In this document: piece by piece, positions 39,127-49,386 of the stretch | How positions within the stretch are numbered: position 1 is the stretch's first letter | How the letters are laid out: the number at the start of each line of letters is the position of its first letter | The notes under the pieces: generated by a model | Told to the model about the DNA's origin: nothing | The model's database searches: none | Seen by the model: only the letters and a program-made list of their open reading frames with translations | Source of the DNA: Spirochaetaceae bacterium | GTDB taxonomy: Bacteria > Spirochaetota > Spirochaetia > DSM-2461 | Reading direction: 5' to 3' | Assembly: GCA_965224705.1 (NCBI GenBank) | Contig: OZ245056.1 | Coordinates: 512,001-576,000 of the forward strand | Length of the DNA: 64,000 bases | Made by a program: the position numbers and the translations under genes

Positions 39127-42100
39127 TTAACTGAACCCGTTATTTCCAGTTCCCCCCGTCAGGCAATGCCGTGACGGTACAAACTGGAACCCTTTAACGG
39201 CATCCAGGGAAGCGGCACCGTCTTTATGCCGCAGCCACACCCGCTGCCAGGCCAGTTCGGTACCCCGTAACCGGGTGTAACGGCCGTTTTCATCTATTTC
39301 CAGCGACCACCACTGCCCGTCAGGATTTGTGCTCATAATACAGGAGGGAAGGGACCGGTCCAGGGCCCAGATAATCTGCGTACCATCATCGGAGCCGGAG
39401 GCCAGGAGGCGGCCATCAGGGCTGAATGCCACACTCCCAACCCAGTCGGCATACCCTTCCAGGACGCCTTCGCATTCACCTCTCGCACTCCACAGTCTCA
39501 CCGTTCCGTCAGCGGAGCCGGAAGCCAGTCGACGGCCATCAGGGCTGAATGCCACACTCCAAACCCAACTGGCATGCCCTTCCAGGACGGCTTCGCAATC
39601 TCCTTCCGCGCTCCACAGTCTCAGCGTTTTGTCAGAGGAGCCCGAGGCCAGGCGGCGGCCATCAGGGCTGAATGCCACACTCAAAACACTAGAGGCATGC
39701 CCTTCCAGGACGGCCAGGCAATCTCCTTCCGCGCTCCACAGTCTCAGCGTTTTGTCAGAGGAGCCGGAGGCCAGGCGGCGGCCATCGGGGCTGAATGCCA
39801 CACTAAAAACCAAAACAGAATGTCCTTCCAGGACGGCTTCGCATTCTCCTTCTACGCTCCATAGTCTCAGCGTACCGTCAAAGGAGCCGGAGACCAGGCG
39901 GCGACCATCAGGGCTGAATGCCACACTATTGACTTTATTGGAATGTCCTTCCAGGACGGCTTTGCATTCACCTTCTGCGCTCCACAGTCTCAGTGTACAG
40001 TCATTGGAACCGGAGGCCAGGAGGCGGCCATCGGGACTGAATCCCACACTCAAAACCCTGGCGGAATGCCCTTCCAGGACGGTTTTGCATTCGCCTTCTG
40101 AGTTCCACAGTCTCACCGTTCCATCATCGGAGCCGGAAGCCAGGCGTCCATCGGGGCTGAATCCCACACTCCAAACACTAGCGGAAGTCCCTTCCAGGAC
40201 GGCTTTGCATTCTCCTTCCACGCTCCACAGTCTCACCGTTCCATCATCGGAGCCGGAGGCCAGACGGCGGCCATCGGGGCTGAATCCCACACTAGAGACT
40301 CCACCTCTATGCCCTTCCAGGACACCTTCGCATTCTCCTTCCGCGCTCCACAGTCTCACCGAAGCGTCATCGGAGCCGGAGACCATGAGGCGTCCATCGG
40401 GGCTGAATCCCACACTAGAGACTCCACCTCTATGCCCTTCCAGGACACCTTCGCATTCTCCTTCCGCGCTCCACAGTCTCACCGTTCCGTCAGAGGTACC
40501 GGAGGCCAGGAGGCGGCCATCGGGGCTGAATGCCACACTCATAACCCAGTCGGAATGCCCTTCCAGGACGGCTTCGCATTCTCCTTCCGCGCTCCACAGT
40601 CTCACCGTTCCGTCAGAGGAGCCGGAGGCTAGGCGGTGGCCATCAGGGCTGAATCCCACACTCCATACCCAATTGGAATGCCCTTCCAGGACGACTTCGC
40701 ATTCGCCTTCCGCACTCCACAGTCGCAGCGTACCGTCAAAGGAGCCGGAGGCCAGGCGGCGGCCATCGGGGCTGAATGCCACATTACAAACCCTATCGGA
40801 ATGCCCTTTCAGGACGGCTTCGCATTCTCCTTGCGCGCTCCACAGTCTCAGCGTTTTGTCATCGGAGCCGGAGGCCAGGCGGTGTCCATCTGGGCTGAAT
40901 GCCACACTTCTAACCCTATCGGAATGCCCTTTCAGGACGGCTTCGCATTCTCCTTGCGCGCTCCACAGTCTCAGCGTTTTGTCATCGGAGCCGGAGGCCA
41001 GGCGGCGGCCATCGGGGCTGAATGCTATACTATAAATTCTACCTCTATGGCCCCATGTTATATGATTCTTCGCGTAGGGCAGGGGCGAGACAGGTGCCAT
41101 AGGGCGACCCGGATATATCCGGCTTCCCCTTTTTGCAAAAAGTCCGGGAATCGGCCCCTTCGCATTGACACAGGTCAGCCTTTGAGCATCCTGCTTCCCT
41201 TCTGTTCTCGTAACCCGGCATTCTTCCCATACCGATTGATTGATGTTCGTTTCGTTCAACTCCAGCTCATCAATGCGGCATTCCTGCCAGCGGCAGAGAA
41301 GCATTTGACAGCGGGTTAGTACCAGTTTCCGGGCACCGATGCCCCGAAGCTTTTCGCCGGACATATCGGCACCGAAGACATGAACCTTTTCAAATGCTTC
41401 AAAAGGCTGGCCCTCCTCCGCCGCGGATCGGATAATTCGGAGCAGCAGGGCATCCTGATGCGGTGAATGGGCACTCTTTTCCGGCCGGGCGGCATAGGCC
41501 GCAAGCTGTGCATGCAGTTTTTTCCGCTCGCCGTCCTTCAGTAGAACAAGGGCCTCTCCAATGAACTTTTCCGTCAGGCGGGAAACGGGTTTGGCCAGGG
41601 AATAACCATCCTGTATCCACTGTGAGAGCAGTTTCCGGGCCAGGAAATACTCCTGCATGGAGCTGTGGGTAAAACCGAATTCATCCTCGCCGAATCGGAG
41701 CAGCAGGGTGGAATTGCGCAGATCCTTTTCGAGCTGTTCGCTGCCCTCCGTCTCATACTGGGCAAACATATTCCTGTCTCTGCGCAGCCATGTCTGGTAC
41801 CAGTCGTTCAAATTGTCTATGTTCATGCGCTGTTCACTGTTCTTCCAAAAATACAGGGCCATATCCTGGAGCAAACGGTGCTTATGGCGGGGCTTAAGAA
41901 CATGTTTACGATCGCGATCCATTACATCAGCGATAAGGGCTTCATAGAACACGGCGGCATTGACGGGAATACCCTCCGACTGTATGGACTGGATGGACGG
42001 AAGCAAATCGGGCAGTTTACTCAGCAGGAGGGGACGGCGTCCCAGGGCGGCCAGGTATTCCTCGCCGTCTATGTAATTCCACACCCGTAATGCCCCCTCC

Positions 42101-43878
42101 TTCCCCAGTTTCTTCTCCAGGAGCTGCCGCATCTTTCCATCCGAAAGGAGCAGTATTTCCATGGCCCGGTAGTCCCCCTGTTCAGCATCGGAGCGATAAA
42201 GGCCTCGCAGGAAACCGGCCTGCTTGTAAATCGTTTCAAAGTGATGACTCCGGCAGGAAATTACCGTCTTTACCTTTGACTCATCCCGCGTTTTCTCGGA
42301 CGGAAACACCTTCATCAGTTCGCCTAGAAAACGGTCCTGCCTGTCGTCGGTATAGTAGACTAGCTTTTCATCCAGGCCGTCAAATATGGGAAGAACCCGT
42401 CCCTGTCTGACATCTTCAATAACCTTTTTCGGCACGGCCCGAACCTCATGCTTTCGCAGCACCATTGCAATCATTTCGTTTAGAAGGGGAAGGCGTTTCG
42501 TGACTATGCCGTCTTTTATCTCTTCAACAAAGGTCTGTACCTCGCGTAAATCCATGTACAGGGGAATCGGCAGGGAAGAATCGTTTTTGCGTGCTTCCAC
42601 CAGATGCTGGGCAAAAATACGGCAATTGAAGGTTTTGCCCATGCCGTAGTCGCCCAGTATTGTGTAAACGGGTTCCTTGCCATCTTTTGCCCAGCTCAGC
42701 ATGTCGGGAACCAGTTCCCTGGATGGCCTTGACTGCCTTTCCTCATTGCCATCCTCTCTGTGGCGTCGTTTTTGTTCTGCCAGAAAGACTTTTTCCGTTG
42801 GGCTTAACATCAAAGTGCGTTGTGCCTCGGAACTTACAAATTTTTCGGGAGAGTAATCTGGGTTGTTCTTATCTTTGCATTTTTCTAATTCTTTGTTCCG
42901 GGTTTTTTCACGCTCTTCTCTCTGTACCATGACTTCCTGAATATTCTTAATCAAACCATCGACAAATCGTTCCTGGAAATTGTCGGATTCGCATTTTCCC
43001 CAAAAAGCATCGGGATCAAGTCCCTGCTGATAGTACGTGTGGATCGTCACTATTTTTCTGGTATTTTTTTTCCAGCCGGGAATCTTTCCTTTGAACCCCC
43101 TTTTCATAAGAGCAAAAAATTCTGAAGGTGTTTTTACGCGACCATCCCACTTGGAATCCAGTCCGGCCACAAGGAGCTTGTCGTTCTGAAGCAGATAAGG
43201 GAATTCCTCTTCTGCAATGAATCGGCTGTCGAGGAAGGCCTGGGATAGGCAGGCCAGGCCAAAATCGGCTTCAGCCATCTTCTCCCTAATCTGTACCGCA
43301 AAATCCCGGCCCGGCAGCAGATGAGGCATTCGCCAAATACGGATGGGCCTTTTGGTACCCTTGCTTCGCTCCTCCAGTATCCGAGTAAGATCCCTGACTA
43401 ATCTGTTGTCCTCATAGGCATAGCTGAGAAACAATTTCAAGTCATTCTTGCCCAGGGGTTTGTCGTCCACATTCGAAACGTCATTGAAAACGAATTGTTC
43501 GCTGTTATACTGCCGGTTGGCATCCAGTAAGTTGCCAATCGGTTCGGAAGGGGCCTCAATGCTTATGCATCCGGGATTGGAAGCGGTTTTCTGATGGGTG
43601 ATTATCTTTAGGGATTCCAGCACATCCTTCAAACCTCTGTCTTCCTGATTACCGGCGGCCGTTTTAATGGCTTCTCTAACCCGCCTGAGAAAGTTCCGGA
43701 AACTGCCGCCGGGGTTCTTCGCGTTGGCATAGATTTCCTGCACAGCCCGTTCGGTTTCCACCTTTCCGTCTTCAAGCAGGCGGACCAGCTTGTTCAGATT
43801 TTTAGAATCGGTCTTTCCCAACTCGTTAAGGCTAAGGAATTCGTCTATCACTTTTTCTATGGAAGTCATAAAAACCAT
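39127..43878 (-). CDS. NLR-like TIR-NACHT-WD40 protein
   Basis: TIR-like LFLSYAYED..SRFIAEEE; Walker A GDYGMGKT; Walker B IFDGLDE; FTHSSMQEYF; 14 WD40 repeats. Confidence 0.88.
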   Translation of the reverse strand: MVFMTSIEKVIDEFLSLNELGKTDSKNLNKLVRLLEDGKVETERAVQEIYANAKNPGGSFRNFLRRVREAIKTAAGNQEDRGLKDVLESLKIITHQKTASNPGCISIEAPSEPIGNLLDANRQYNSEQFVFNDVSNVDDKPLGKNDLKLFLSYAYEDNRLVRDLTRILEERSKGTKRPIRIWRMPHLLPGRDFAVQIREKMAEADFGLACLSQAFLDSRFIAEEEFPYLLQNDKLLVAGLDSKWDGRVKTPSEFFALMKRGFKGKIPGWKKNTRKIVTIHTYYQQGLDPDAFWGKCESDNFQERFVDGLIKNIQEVMVQREEREKTRNKELEKCKDKNNPDYSPEKFVSSEAQRTLMLSPTEKVFLAEQKRRHREDGNEERQSRPSRELVPDMLSWAKDGKEPVYTILGDYGMGKTFNCRIFAQHLVEARKNDSSLPIPLYMDLREVQTFVEEIKDGIVTKRLPLLNEMIAMVLRKHEVRAVPKKVIEDVRQGRVLPIFDGLDEKLVYYTDDRQDRFLGELMKVFPSEKTRDESKVKTVISCRSHHFETIYKQAGFLRGLYRSDAEQGDYRAMEILLLSDGKMRQLLEKKLGKEGALRVWNYIDGEEYLAALGRRPLLLSKLPDLLPSIQSIQSEGIPVNAAVFYEALIADVMDRDRKHVLKPRHKHRLLQDMALYFWKNSEQRMNIDNLNDWYQTWLRRDRNMFAQYETEGSEQLEKDLRNSTLLLRFGEDEFGFTHSSMQEYFLARKLLSQWIQDGYSLAKPVSRLTEKFIGEALVLLKDGERKKLHAQLAAYAARPEKSAHSPHQDALLLRIIRSAAEEGQPFEAFEKVHVFGADMSGEKLRGIGARKLVLTRCQMLLCRWQECRIDELELNETNINQSVWEECRVTRTEGKQDAQRLTCVNAKGPIPGLFAKRGSRIYPGRPMAPVSPLPYAKNHITWGHRGRIYSIAFSPDGRRLASGSDDKTLRLWSAQGECEAVLKGHSDRVRSVAFSPDGHRLASGSDDKTLRLWSAQGECEAVLKGHSDRVCNVAFSPDGRRLASGSFDGTLRLWSAEGECEVVLEGHSNWVWSVGFSPDGHRLASGSSDGTVRLWSAEGECEAVLEGHSDWVMSVAFSPDGRLLASGTSDGTVRLWSAEGECEGVLEGHRGGVSSVGFSPDGRLMVSGSDDASVRLWSAEGECEGVLEGHRGGVSSVGFSPDGRRLASGSDDGTVRLWSVEGECKAVLEGTSASVWSVGFSPDGRLASGSDDGTVRLWNSEGECKTVLEGHSARVLSVGFSPDGRLLASGSNDCTLRLWSAEGECKAVLEGHSNKVNSVAFSPDGRRLVSGSFDGTLRLWSVEGECEAVLEGHSVLVFSVAFSPDGRRLASGSSDKTLRLWSAEGDCLAVLEGHASSVLSVAFSPDGRRLASGSSDKTLRLWSAEGDCEAVLEGHASWVWSVAFSPDGRRLASGSADGTVRLWSARGECEGVLEGYADWVGSVAFSPDGRLLASGSDDGTQIIWALDRSLPSCIMSTNPDGQWWSLEIDENGRYTRLRGTELAWQRVWLRHKDGAASLDAVKGFQFVPSRHCLTGGTGNNGFS
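39365..41055 (-). repeat. 14 tandem ~123-bp WD40 units
   Basis: GH..V.SV.FSPDGR.LASGS.D.T.RLWSAEGECEAVLE repeated with high DNA identity. Confidence 0.95.
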
Positions 43879-44173
43879 CCTCGTAAGTCTAATCTAACCA
43901 GGGAGACAAGAAAACGTCAAGGAAATTTTTACAAATATTTCTAAATTTTTACATTTCTGCCCTTCGGATGGAGCGGTATCCAATGAGGTGGGATATGTAT
44001 AGCCGATTTTCCTTCCGATTTATCAAATGAGCGGCGAATCAATCTCTCAAAACGACTGTTTTTCATTCTTGTTGGAATAGAATTAGATACGATTGTCCGA
44101 CCCTATCTCCCCAATTTATGAAAGACGACACGCATTTTGTGGCAAGATAAGAGGACAGCCTGATAGGGATAAG

Positions 44174-44212
44174 CTAAGCTGTCAAGTTAATTGTCCATTT
44201 TTCTTATGAAAT
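44174..44212. mobile_element. Solo IS30 end
   Basis: GCTAAGCTGTCAAGTTAATTGTCCATTTTTCTTATGAAA matches 29125-29163. Confidence 0.55.
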
Positions 44213-44488
44213 CTTGATCTTTTTATTTCATCTATGTAGCTTTAACCATGTTTAACCTAATGTAGCTGGATTTGTTTAAATTATGAATGATGAAGTATAA
44301 CTGAAAATACGGACGAAAGTATTTGCTTTGGGCATGGTCAGAATGTTTGCCTAATTATATACAACTATTGAATCACAGGTGAGTGAAATTGTATCATTGC
44401 ATGATATGACCAAATTGCTGGATGAAACCAAGCAGCTTCCGGCAATTTTTACAAGAGTTTCCAAGCACCCAAAAAAGAGATTGAAACA

Positions 44489-44740
44489 ATGACAGATAAG
44501 AACACCAAAGACTCAAGCTTCATCCCTCAGACTTCATCCTTTACTGATCGCTGGTTGTCTGTAGATGAAATTGGAGACTATCTCGGGATCAAGAGGGATA
44601 CCGTTTATAAGTGGATAAACGAAAAAGATATGCCCGCTCATAAGATTGGCCGTCTTTGGAAATGCAAAAAAGACGCAGTTGATCAATGGGTGCGCAATGG
44701 CGGCGCTGATTCTTCAGATGAATCCGGCAAGGGAAAGTAA
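44489..44740 (+). CDS. Excisionase-like HTH protein
   Basis: WLSVDEIGDYLGIKRDTVYKWI..MPAHKIGRLW. Confidence 0.85.
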   Translation: MTDKNTKDSSFIPQTSSFTDRWLSVDEIGDYLGIKRDTVYKWINEKDMPAHKIGRLWKCKKDAVDQWVRNGGADSSDESGKGK

Positions 44741-44773
44741 AGCGATATGATGGAAGGATAAACGGGCGACAAG

Positions 44774-47700
44774 ATGAAAATCCTGGACAATATAAATAAC
44801 CTTTGGGGAAATGACCTGAAGGAGACTCTTAAGCCAGGTGCAAAACTGAAAATTGCAGCCTCATGCTTTTCTATCTATGCATTTGAAGCCCTTAAAAAAG
44901 AGCTCGAAAAAATTGATTCGCTTGAGTTTATCTTTACGGCTCCGACGTTTGTTCCTAATGAAGTGACCGACAAGGTATCCAAAGAGCGTCGGGAATTTCA
45001 TATTCCGAAGCAGCAGCGTGAGCGAAATCTCTATGGCAGCGAGTTTGAAATACAGCTTAAAAACAAACTGACGCAACGTGCCATTGCCAAAGAATGCGCT
45101 GGCTGGATTAGACGCAAAGCCTGCTTTCGATCAAATTCCATAAAAGCACCGATGCAGCAATTTGCATGTTTAAATAAAGGCGATGCTGCTGCTGTATATA
45201 TGCCGCTTCATGGCTTTACAGCAGTCGATCTTGGCTACCAGCAAGGTAATGCCGTCTCGAATTTTATAAGCAAATTTGACGATGCTCCTTCAACGCAGAC
45301 ATGGCTGAATCTTTTTAATCAGATATGGAAAGATTCTTCAAAACTAAAAGATGTGACAGATGCCATTTGCACACATATCGAATCCGTTTATCAGGAGAAT
45401 CCTCCCGAAAAAATCTATTTTCTAATGCTCTATAACATCTTCAACGAGTTCCTTGAGGACCTGAATGAAGATCTCCTTCCAAATGATTTGACTGGATACA
45501 AAAACAGTGTTGTCTGGAATAAGCTGTTTAACTTCCAAAAGGATGCAGTAACCGGGATTATAAATAAGCTTGAGAACTTTAACGGATGCATTCTTGCAGA
45601 CAGTGTCGGGCTCGGTAAAACCTTTACTGCACTTGCAGTGATTAAATACTACGAACTACGCAATCGCTCAGTACTGGTTTTATCCCCGAAAAAACTTGCT
45701 GACAACTGGTTGAACTATAACCAAAACCTAAAAACAAATATTCTGGTTAAAGACCGTTTGAATTATGAGGTTCTTTGCCACACGGATTTACAGCGCACAA
45801 GTGGGGAATCTTTTGGAACACCGCTGGACAGAATTAACTGGGGCAATTATGATCTCGTGGTCATTGATGAGTCACACAATTTCAGAAACAACGATGCTTA
45901 CAAGGATAAGGAAACCCGATACCAAAAACTGATGAATTCTGTCATTAGAGATGGGGTTAAAACAAAAGTCTTAATGCTTTCTGCAACACCGGTCAATAAC
46001 AGATTCAATGACCTTAGAAACCAATTGGCATTGACATACGAGGGCGAGTCAGAAAAACTGAGTAGTAAATTAAGGACCGGAAAAAAAGTTGAAGAAATTT
46101 TCCGGCACGCACAGACTGTATTTAATTCATGGGCAAAGCTGCCAGCAGATAAACGCACAGCCAGAGCAATACTGGATGCTCTTGATTTTGATTTTTTTGA
46201 GCTGCTTGATAGCGTAACCATTGCCCGGTCCAGAAAACACATAGAAACTTTCTATGATACTGCGTATATCGGCAAGTTTCCTGTAAGACGCAAACCCATA
46301 TCTTTCCGCTGCCCACTGACTTCCCGTAAGGACGTCATGAGTTTTAATGAAATTTATGAACATCTAATGGAAATAAAGCAATCTGTTTATATTCCTATGT
46401 TATATGTTTTTGAAAGTAGAAAATCAAAATATGAAAACCTTAACGAAGGTAAAAAATATGATAGTCAGTTTTTGCAAGCTCAAGCAAACGGTATAAAAAA
46501 ACTCATGGCTACTAATCTACTCAAAAGATTAGAAAGCTCAGTAAATTCTTTCCGTATAACACTTAATACAATGAAAGAAAAAATTAAAGAAAAACTATCT
46601 GAAATTGATGAACTCAATAAGATTCAATTATCTTCTGTGATTAGTGACGATTGGGAAGATGAAGACACGGATGGTGTTTTGGAAACACAAGCAAATTCTA
46701 AAATCGAAATAGACCTTGCTGACATTGATTTAGAATCATGGAAAAGAGACTTAGAAGAAGACCAGACTCTGGTTGAATTACTCCATGAGGAAATGGAAAA
46801 AATATCTCCTGAAGATGACACCAAGCTCCAACACCTTAAATCTCACATTAAAAACAAAATCAAACAACCCATAAACTCTGGAAATAAAAAGATCATTATC
46901 TTTACGGCTTTCGCAGATACTGCGAGCTACCTTTACGACAACCTCTGTGATGAACTATTAAAAATTGGAATACACGCTGGAAAAATTACCGGAAAAGATA
47001 TTCCTAAAACCACACTGAGCCAATTGAACAAAAAACGGGGATATGGCTTTCAGTCTATCCTCACCCTTTTCTCCCCGATATCGAAAGAAAAAGCACTGAC
47101 TCTTCCTGAAGAGCACAGTGAAATTGACTTACTTATAGGTACGGACTGTATTTCTGAAGGGCAGAATCTACAGGATTGCGATTATCTAATCAACTACGAC
47201 ATTCACTGGAACCCTGTCCGTATTATTCAACGATTTGGGCGTATCGACCGTATCGGCTCCCCAAACGAATCCATCCAACTGGTTAACTACTGGCCTGATA
47301 TTTCTCTGGATGAATACATCAATCTGAAAGAGCGGGTGGAGAACAGGATGGTCATTGACGATGTTACGGCCACCGGAGACGACAATGTACTTTCGGGCCA
47401 GTCCAATGATGTCAGCTATCGAAAAGAACAGCTCCGCCGTCTTCAGGATGAAGTGATCGATCTTGAAGACCTGAAAACTGGTGTAAACATAACTGACCTC
47501 GGACTCAATGACTTCCGCATGGACCTAATCAACTATATCAAGAGCAACAGTGACTTAGATCATTTACCTAATGGACTCCACGCTATCGTCGCAGCCAATG
47601 AGAATATAGGGTTACAACCGGGAGTGATATTTACACTCCGGAATAGAAATTCGGGCGTCAACATCAATCAGCATAACCGGCTGCATCCGTATTATCTCAT

Positions 47701-48028
47701 CTACATCAACGACGATGGTCAGGTCATTACTGACCACACACAGGTCAAACAACTTTTGGACTTGGTACGAACAAGCTGCAAGGGGAAGGAAGTGCCTTTT
47801 ACTGATTTATGCTCTACCTTTAATCGTGAGACCAACGACGGAAGAAATATGCTGAAATATTCAGAACTTCTCGGCCAGGCAATCCGAACGATGATTGAGA
47901 TCAAAGAAGACAAGGATATCGACAGTCTGTTTTTAGGAACGAATACAACGGCATTGGTAGACACTATTCATGGACTGGATGATTTTGAACTGATTTCCTT
48001 CTTGGTCGTCAAGGAGGATACAACATGA
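44774..48028 (+). CDS. SNF2-like helicase associated with type III R-M
   Basis: LADSVGLGKT, IDESHNFRN, LSATP, SEGQNLQD, QRFGRIDR. Confidence 0.9.
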   Translation: MKILDNINNLWGNDLKETLKPGAKLKIAASCFSIYAFEALKKELEKIDSLEFIFTAPTFVPNEVTDKVSKERREFHIPKQQRERNLYGSEFEIQLKNKLTQRAIAKECAGWIRRKACFRSNSIKAPMQQFACLNKGDAAAVYMPLHGFTAVDLGYQQGNAVSNFISKFDDAPSTQTWLNLFNQIWKDSSKLKDVTDAICTHIESVYQENPPEKIYFLMLYNIFNEFLEDLNEDLLPNDLTGYKNSVVWNKLFNFQKDAVTGIINKLENFNGCILADSVGLGKTFTALAVIKYYELRNRSVLVLSPKKLADNWLNYNQNLKTNILVKDRLNYEVLCHTDLQRTSGESFGTPLDRINWGNYDLVVIDESHNFRNNDAYKDKETRYQKLMNSVIRDGVKTKVLMLSATPVNNRFNDLRNQLALTYEGESEKLSSKLRTGKKVEEIFRHAQTVFNSWAKLPADKRTARAILDALDFDFFELLDSVTIARSRKHIETFYDTAYIGKFPVRRKPISFRCPLTSRKDVMSFNEIYEHLMEIKQSVYIPMLYVFESRKSKYENLNEGKKYDSQFLQAQANGIKKLMATNLLKRLESSVNSFRITLNTMKEKIKEKLSEIDELNKIQLSSVISDDWEDEDTDGVLETQANSKIEIDLADIDLESWKRDLEEDQTLVELLHEEMEKISPEDDTKLQHLKSHIKNKIKQPINSGNKKIIIFTAFADTASYLYDNLCDELLKIGIHAGKITGKDIPKTTLSQLNKKRGYGFQSILTLFSPISKEKALTLPEEHSEIDLLIGTDCISEGQNLQDCDYLINYDIHWNPVRIIQRFGRIDRIGSPNESIQLVNYWPDISLDEYINLKERVENRMVIDDVTATGDDNVLSGQSNDVSYRKEQLRRLQDEVIDLEDLKTGVNITDLGLNDFRMDLINYIKSNSDLDHLPNGLHAIVAANENIGLQPGVIFTLRNRNSGVNINQHNRLHPYYLIYINDDGQVITDHTQVKQLLDLVRTSCKGKEVPFTDLCSTFNRETNDGRNMLKYSELLGQAIRTMIEIKEDKDIDSLFLGTNTTALVDTIHGLDDFELISFLVVKEDTT

Positions 48029-48687
48029 GTTCGCTATACAACTTCCCAAAGGCAGCTGCATTGGGAAGGATGCTTGCCAAAAGTAAAATCTACGATCACG
48101 CCGCGCCGAGCAGCAAGGTAAAGGAGCTGTTCGTCAAGGAGGTTGAAAAGATCATCTGGTCACACAAACTCTCTCCGACAACGATTAACCTTCCAGCCAG
48201 TGATGGCGTCCAGGAGATTCAGGTTTTCTCCATACTATTAAGGACCGGGGAACTGTCGCAGGAAGTTCTGCACACAATAGACAAGGCAATACCTTCTCCC
48301 ATTCTGTTTGAATTGAAATATGGCGGTAAAACCAAATATGCCGCCAGTTACAAACGGCCCAGCGAGGTTGACAAAAAAAAGCGGGTGGTCAGCAGTTATT
48401 TCCTCTCCGACTGGATGAAGGAAGATGGTCCGGCATCCGAACTTCCGGTGCTGCTCAATATGGGCGCTCTTTATCAGTCGTTTTTGACAAGTCTCAGTCC
48501 TCTTTCTTTCCGGCAAGGGGAGAAGCTGGGCGACTTGGCCGCAAGAGTTGACCTGCTGCGTATCAAAGAACGCGAAGCTGAAAAGGTGGAGAGCCGGATA
48601 AAGAGGGAGAAGCAGTTTAATCGACGAGTGGAACTGAACCGCACATTGAATGTGTTGAAGGCTGAGATAGAAGAAATGAGAAGATGA
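48025..48687 (+). CDS. DUF4391-like protein
   Basis: EIQVF..IDKAIP..EKQFNRRVELN; position between helicase and mod. Confidence 0.8.
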   Translation: MSSLYNFPKAAALGRMLAKSKIYDHAAPSSKVKELFVKEVEKIIWSHKLSPTTINLPASDGVQEIQVFSILLRTGELSQEVLHTIDKAIPSPILFELKYGGKTKYAASYKRPSEVDKKKRVVSSYFLSDWMKEDGPASELPVLLNMGALYQSFLTSLSPLSFRQGEKLGDLAARVDLLRIKEREAEKVESRIKREKQFNRRVELNRTLNVLKAEIEEMRR

Positions 48688-49050
48688 ACCGCGAAAAGCG
48701 CGAAATACGCGAAAAGGTTTTGTTTTTTGATGAATGCTGTGTTATTCAGGGGGATGTTTTTTTTGTATAAAGAGATGGGGTGTGGCTTCCTGATAGAAGG
48801 ATTGAGAAGATGAACCGCGAAAAGCGCGAAATACGCGAAAAGGTTTTGTTTTTTGATGAATGCTGTGTTATTCAGGGGGATGTCTTTGATGTGTATAAAG
48901 AGAGATGGGGTGTGGCTTCCTGATAGAAGGAATGAGAAGATGAACCGCGAAAAGCGCGAAACACACGGAAAGGTTTTGTTTCCTGAGGAATCCTATGCCA
49001 TTCAGGGAGCTATCTTTGATGTGTATAAAGAGATGGGTTGTGGCTTCCTG
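48678..49050 (+). repeat. Three tandem ~128-bp copies of the GxxExxY 5' end (two degenerate)
   Basis: GAGAAGATGAACCGCGAAAAGCGCGAAA recurs at 48678, 48804 and 48934. Confidence 0.9.
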
Positions 49051-49374
49051 GAGGCTGTCTATCAAGAATGTCTGGATAAGGAGTTGTCTAAACGAGACAT
49101 TCCGTTTCAACCGCAAGTAGAGCTTCAGCTTAATTATAAAGGTGAAAAGCTGAATCAGACCTATAAACCGGATTTTATCTGCTACGACAAAATCGTTGTT
49201 GAGATAAAAGCAGTAAAAGAACTGACATCTGAACATAAGGCGCAACTCTTAAACTACCTCAAAGCCACCGGGCTTGAATTAGGACTGCTCGTCAACTTTG
49301 GCAGCCACCCAAAAATTGAAATTATACGAATTGCTAATACAAACTTTCGCGATTTTCGCGCATTTCGCGGTTAA
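48940..49374 (+). CDS. GxxExxY protein (PD-(D/E)XK-like) bounded by inverted repeats
   Basis: GFLEAVYQE, PDFI, VEIKA, AQLLNYLKATG..LGLLVNFG. Confidence 0.92.
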   Translation: MNREKRETHGKVLFPEESYAIQGAIFDVYKEMGCGFLEAVYQECLDKELSKRDIPFQPQVELQLNYKGEKLNQTYKPDFICYDKIVVEIKAVKELTSEHKAQLLNYLKATGLELGLLVNFGSHPKIEIIRIANTNFRDFRAFRG

Positions 49375-49386
49375 GGAGACACAAAA

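Noticed and set aside
39329..41035. 568-aa plus-strand ORF
   Set aside because: Antisense shadow of the WD40 repeat array
48678..49050. Possible CRISPR-like array
   Set aside because: The whole unit is repeated; there are no unique spacers
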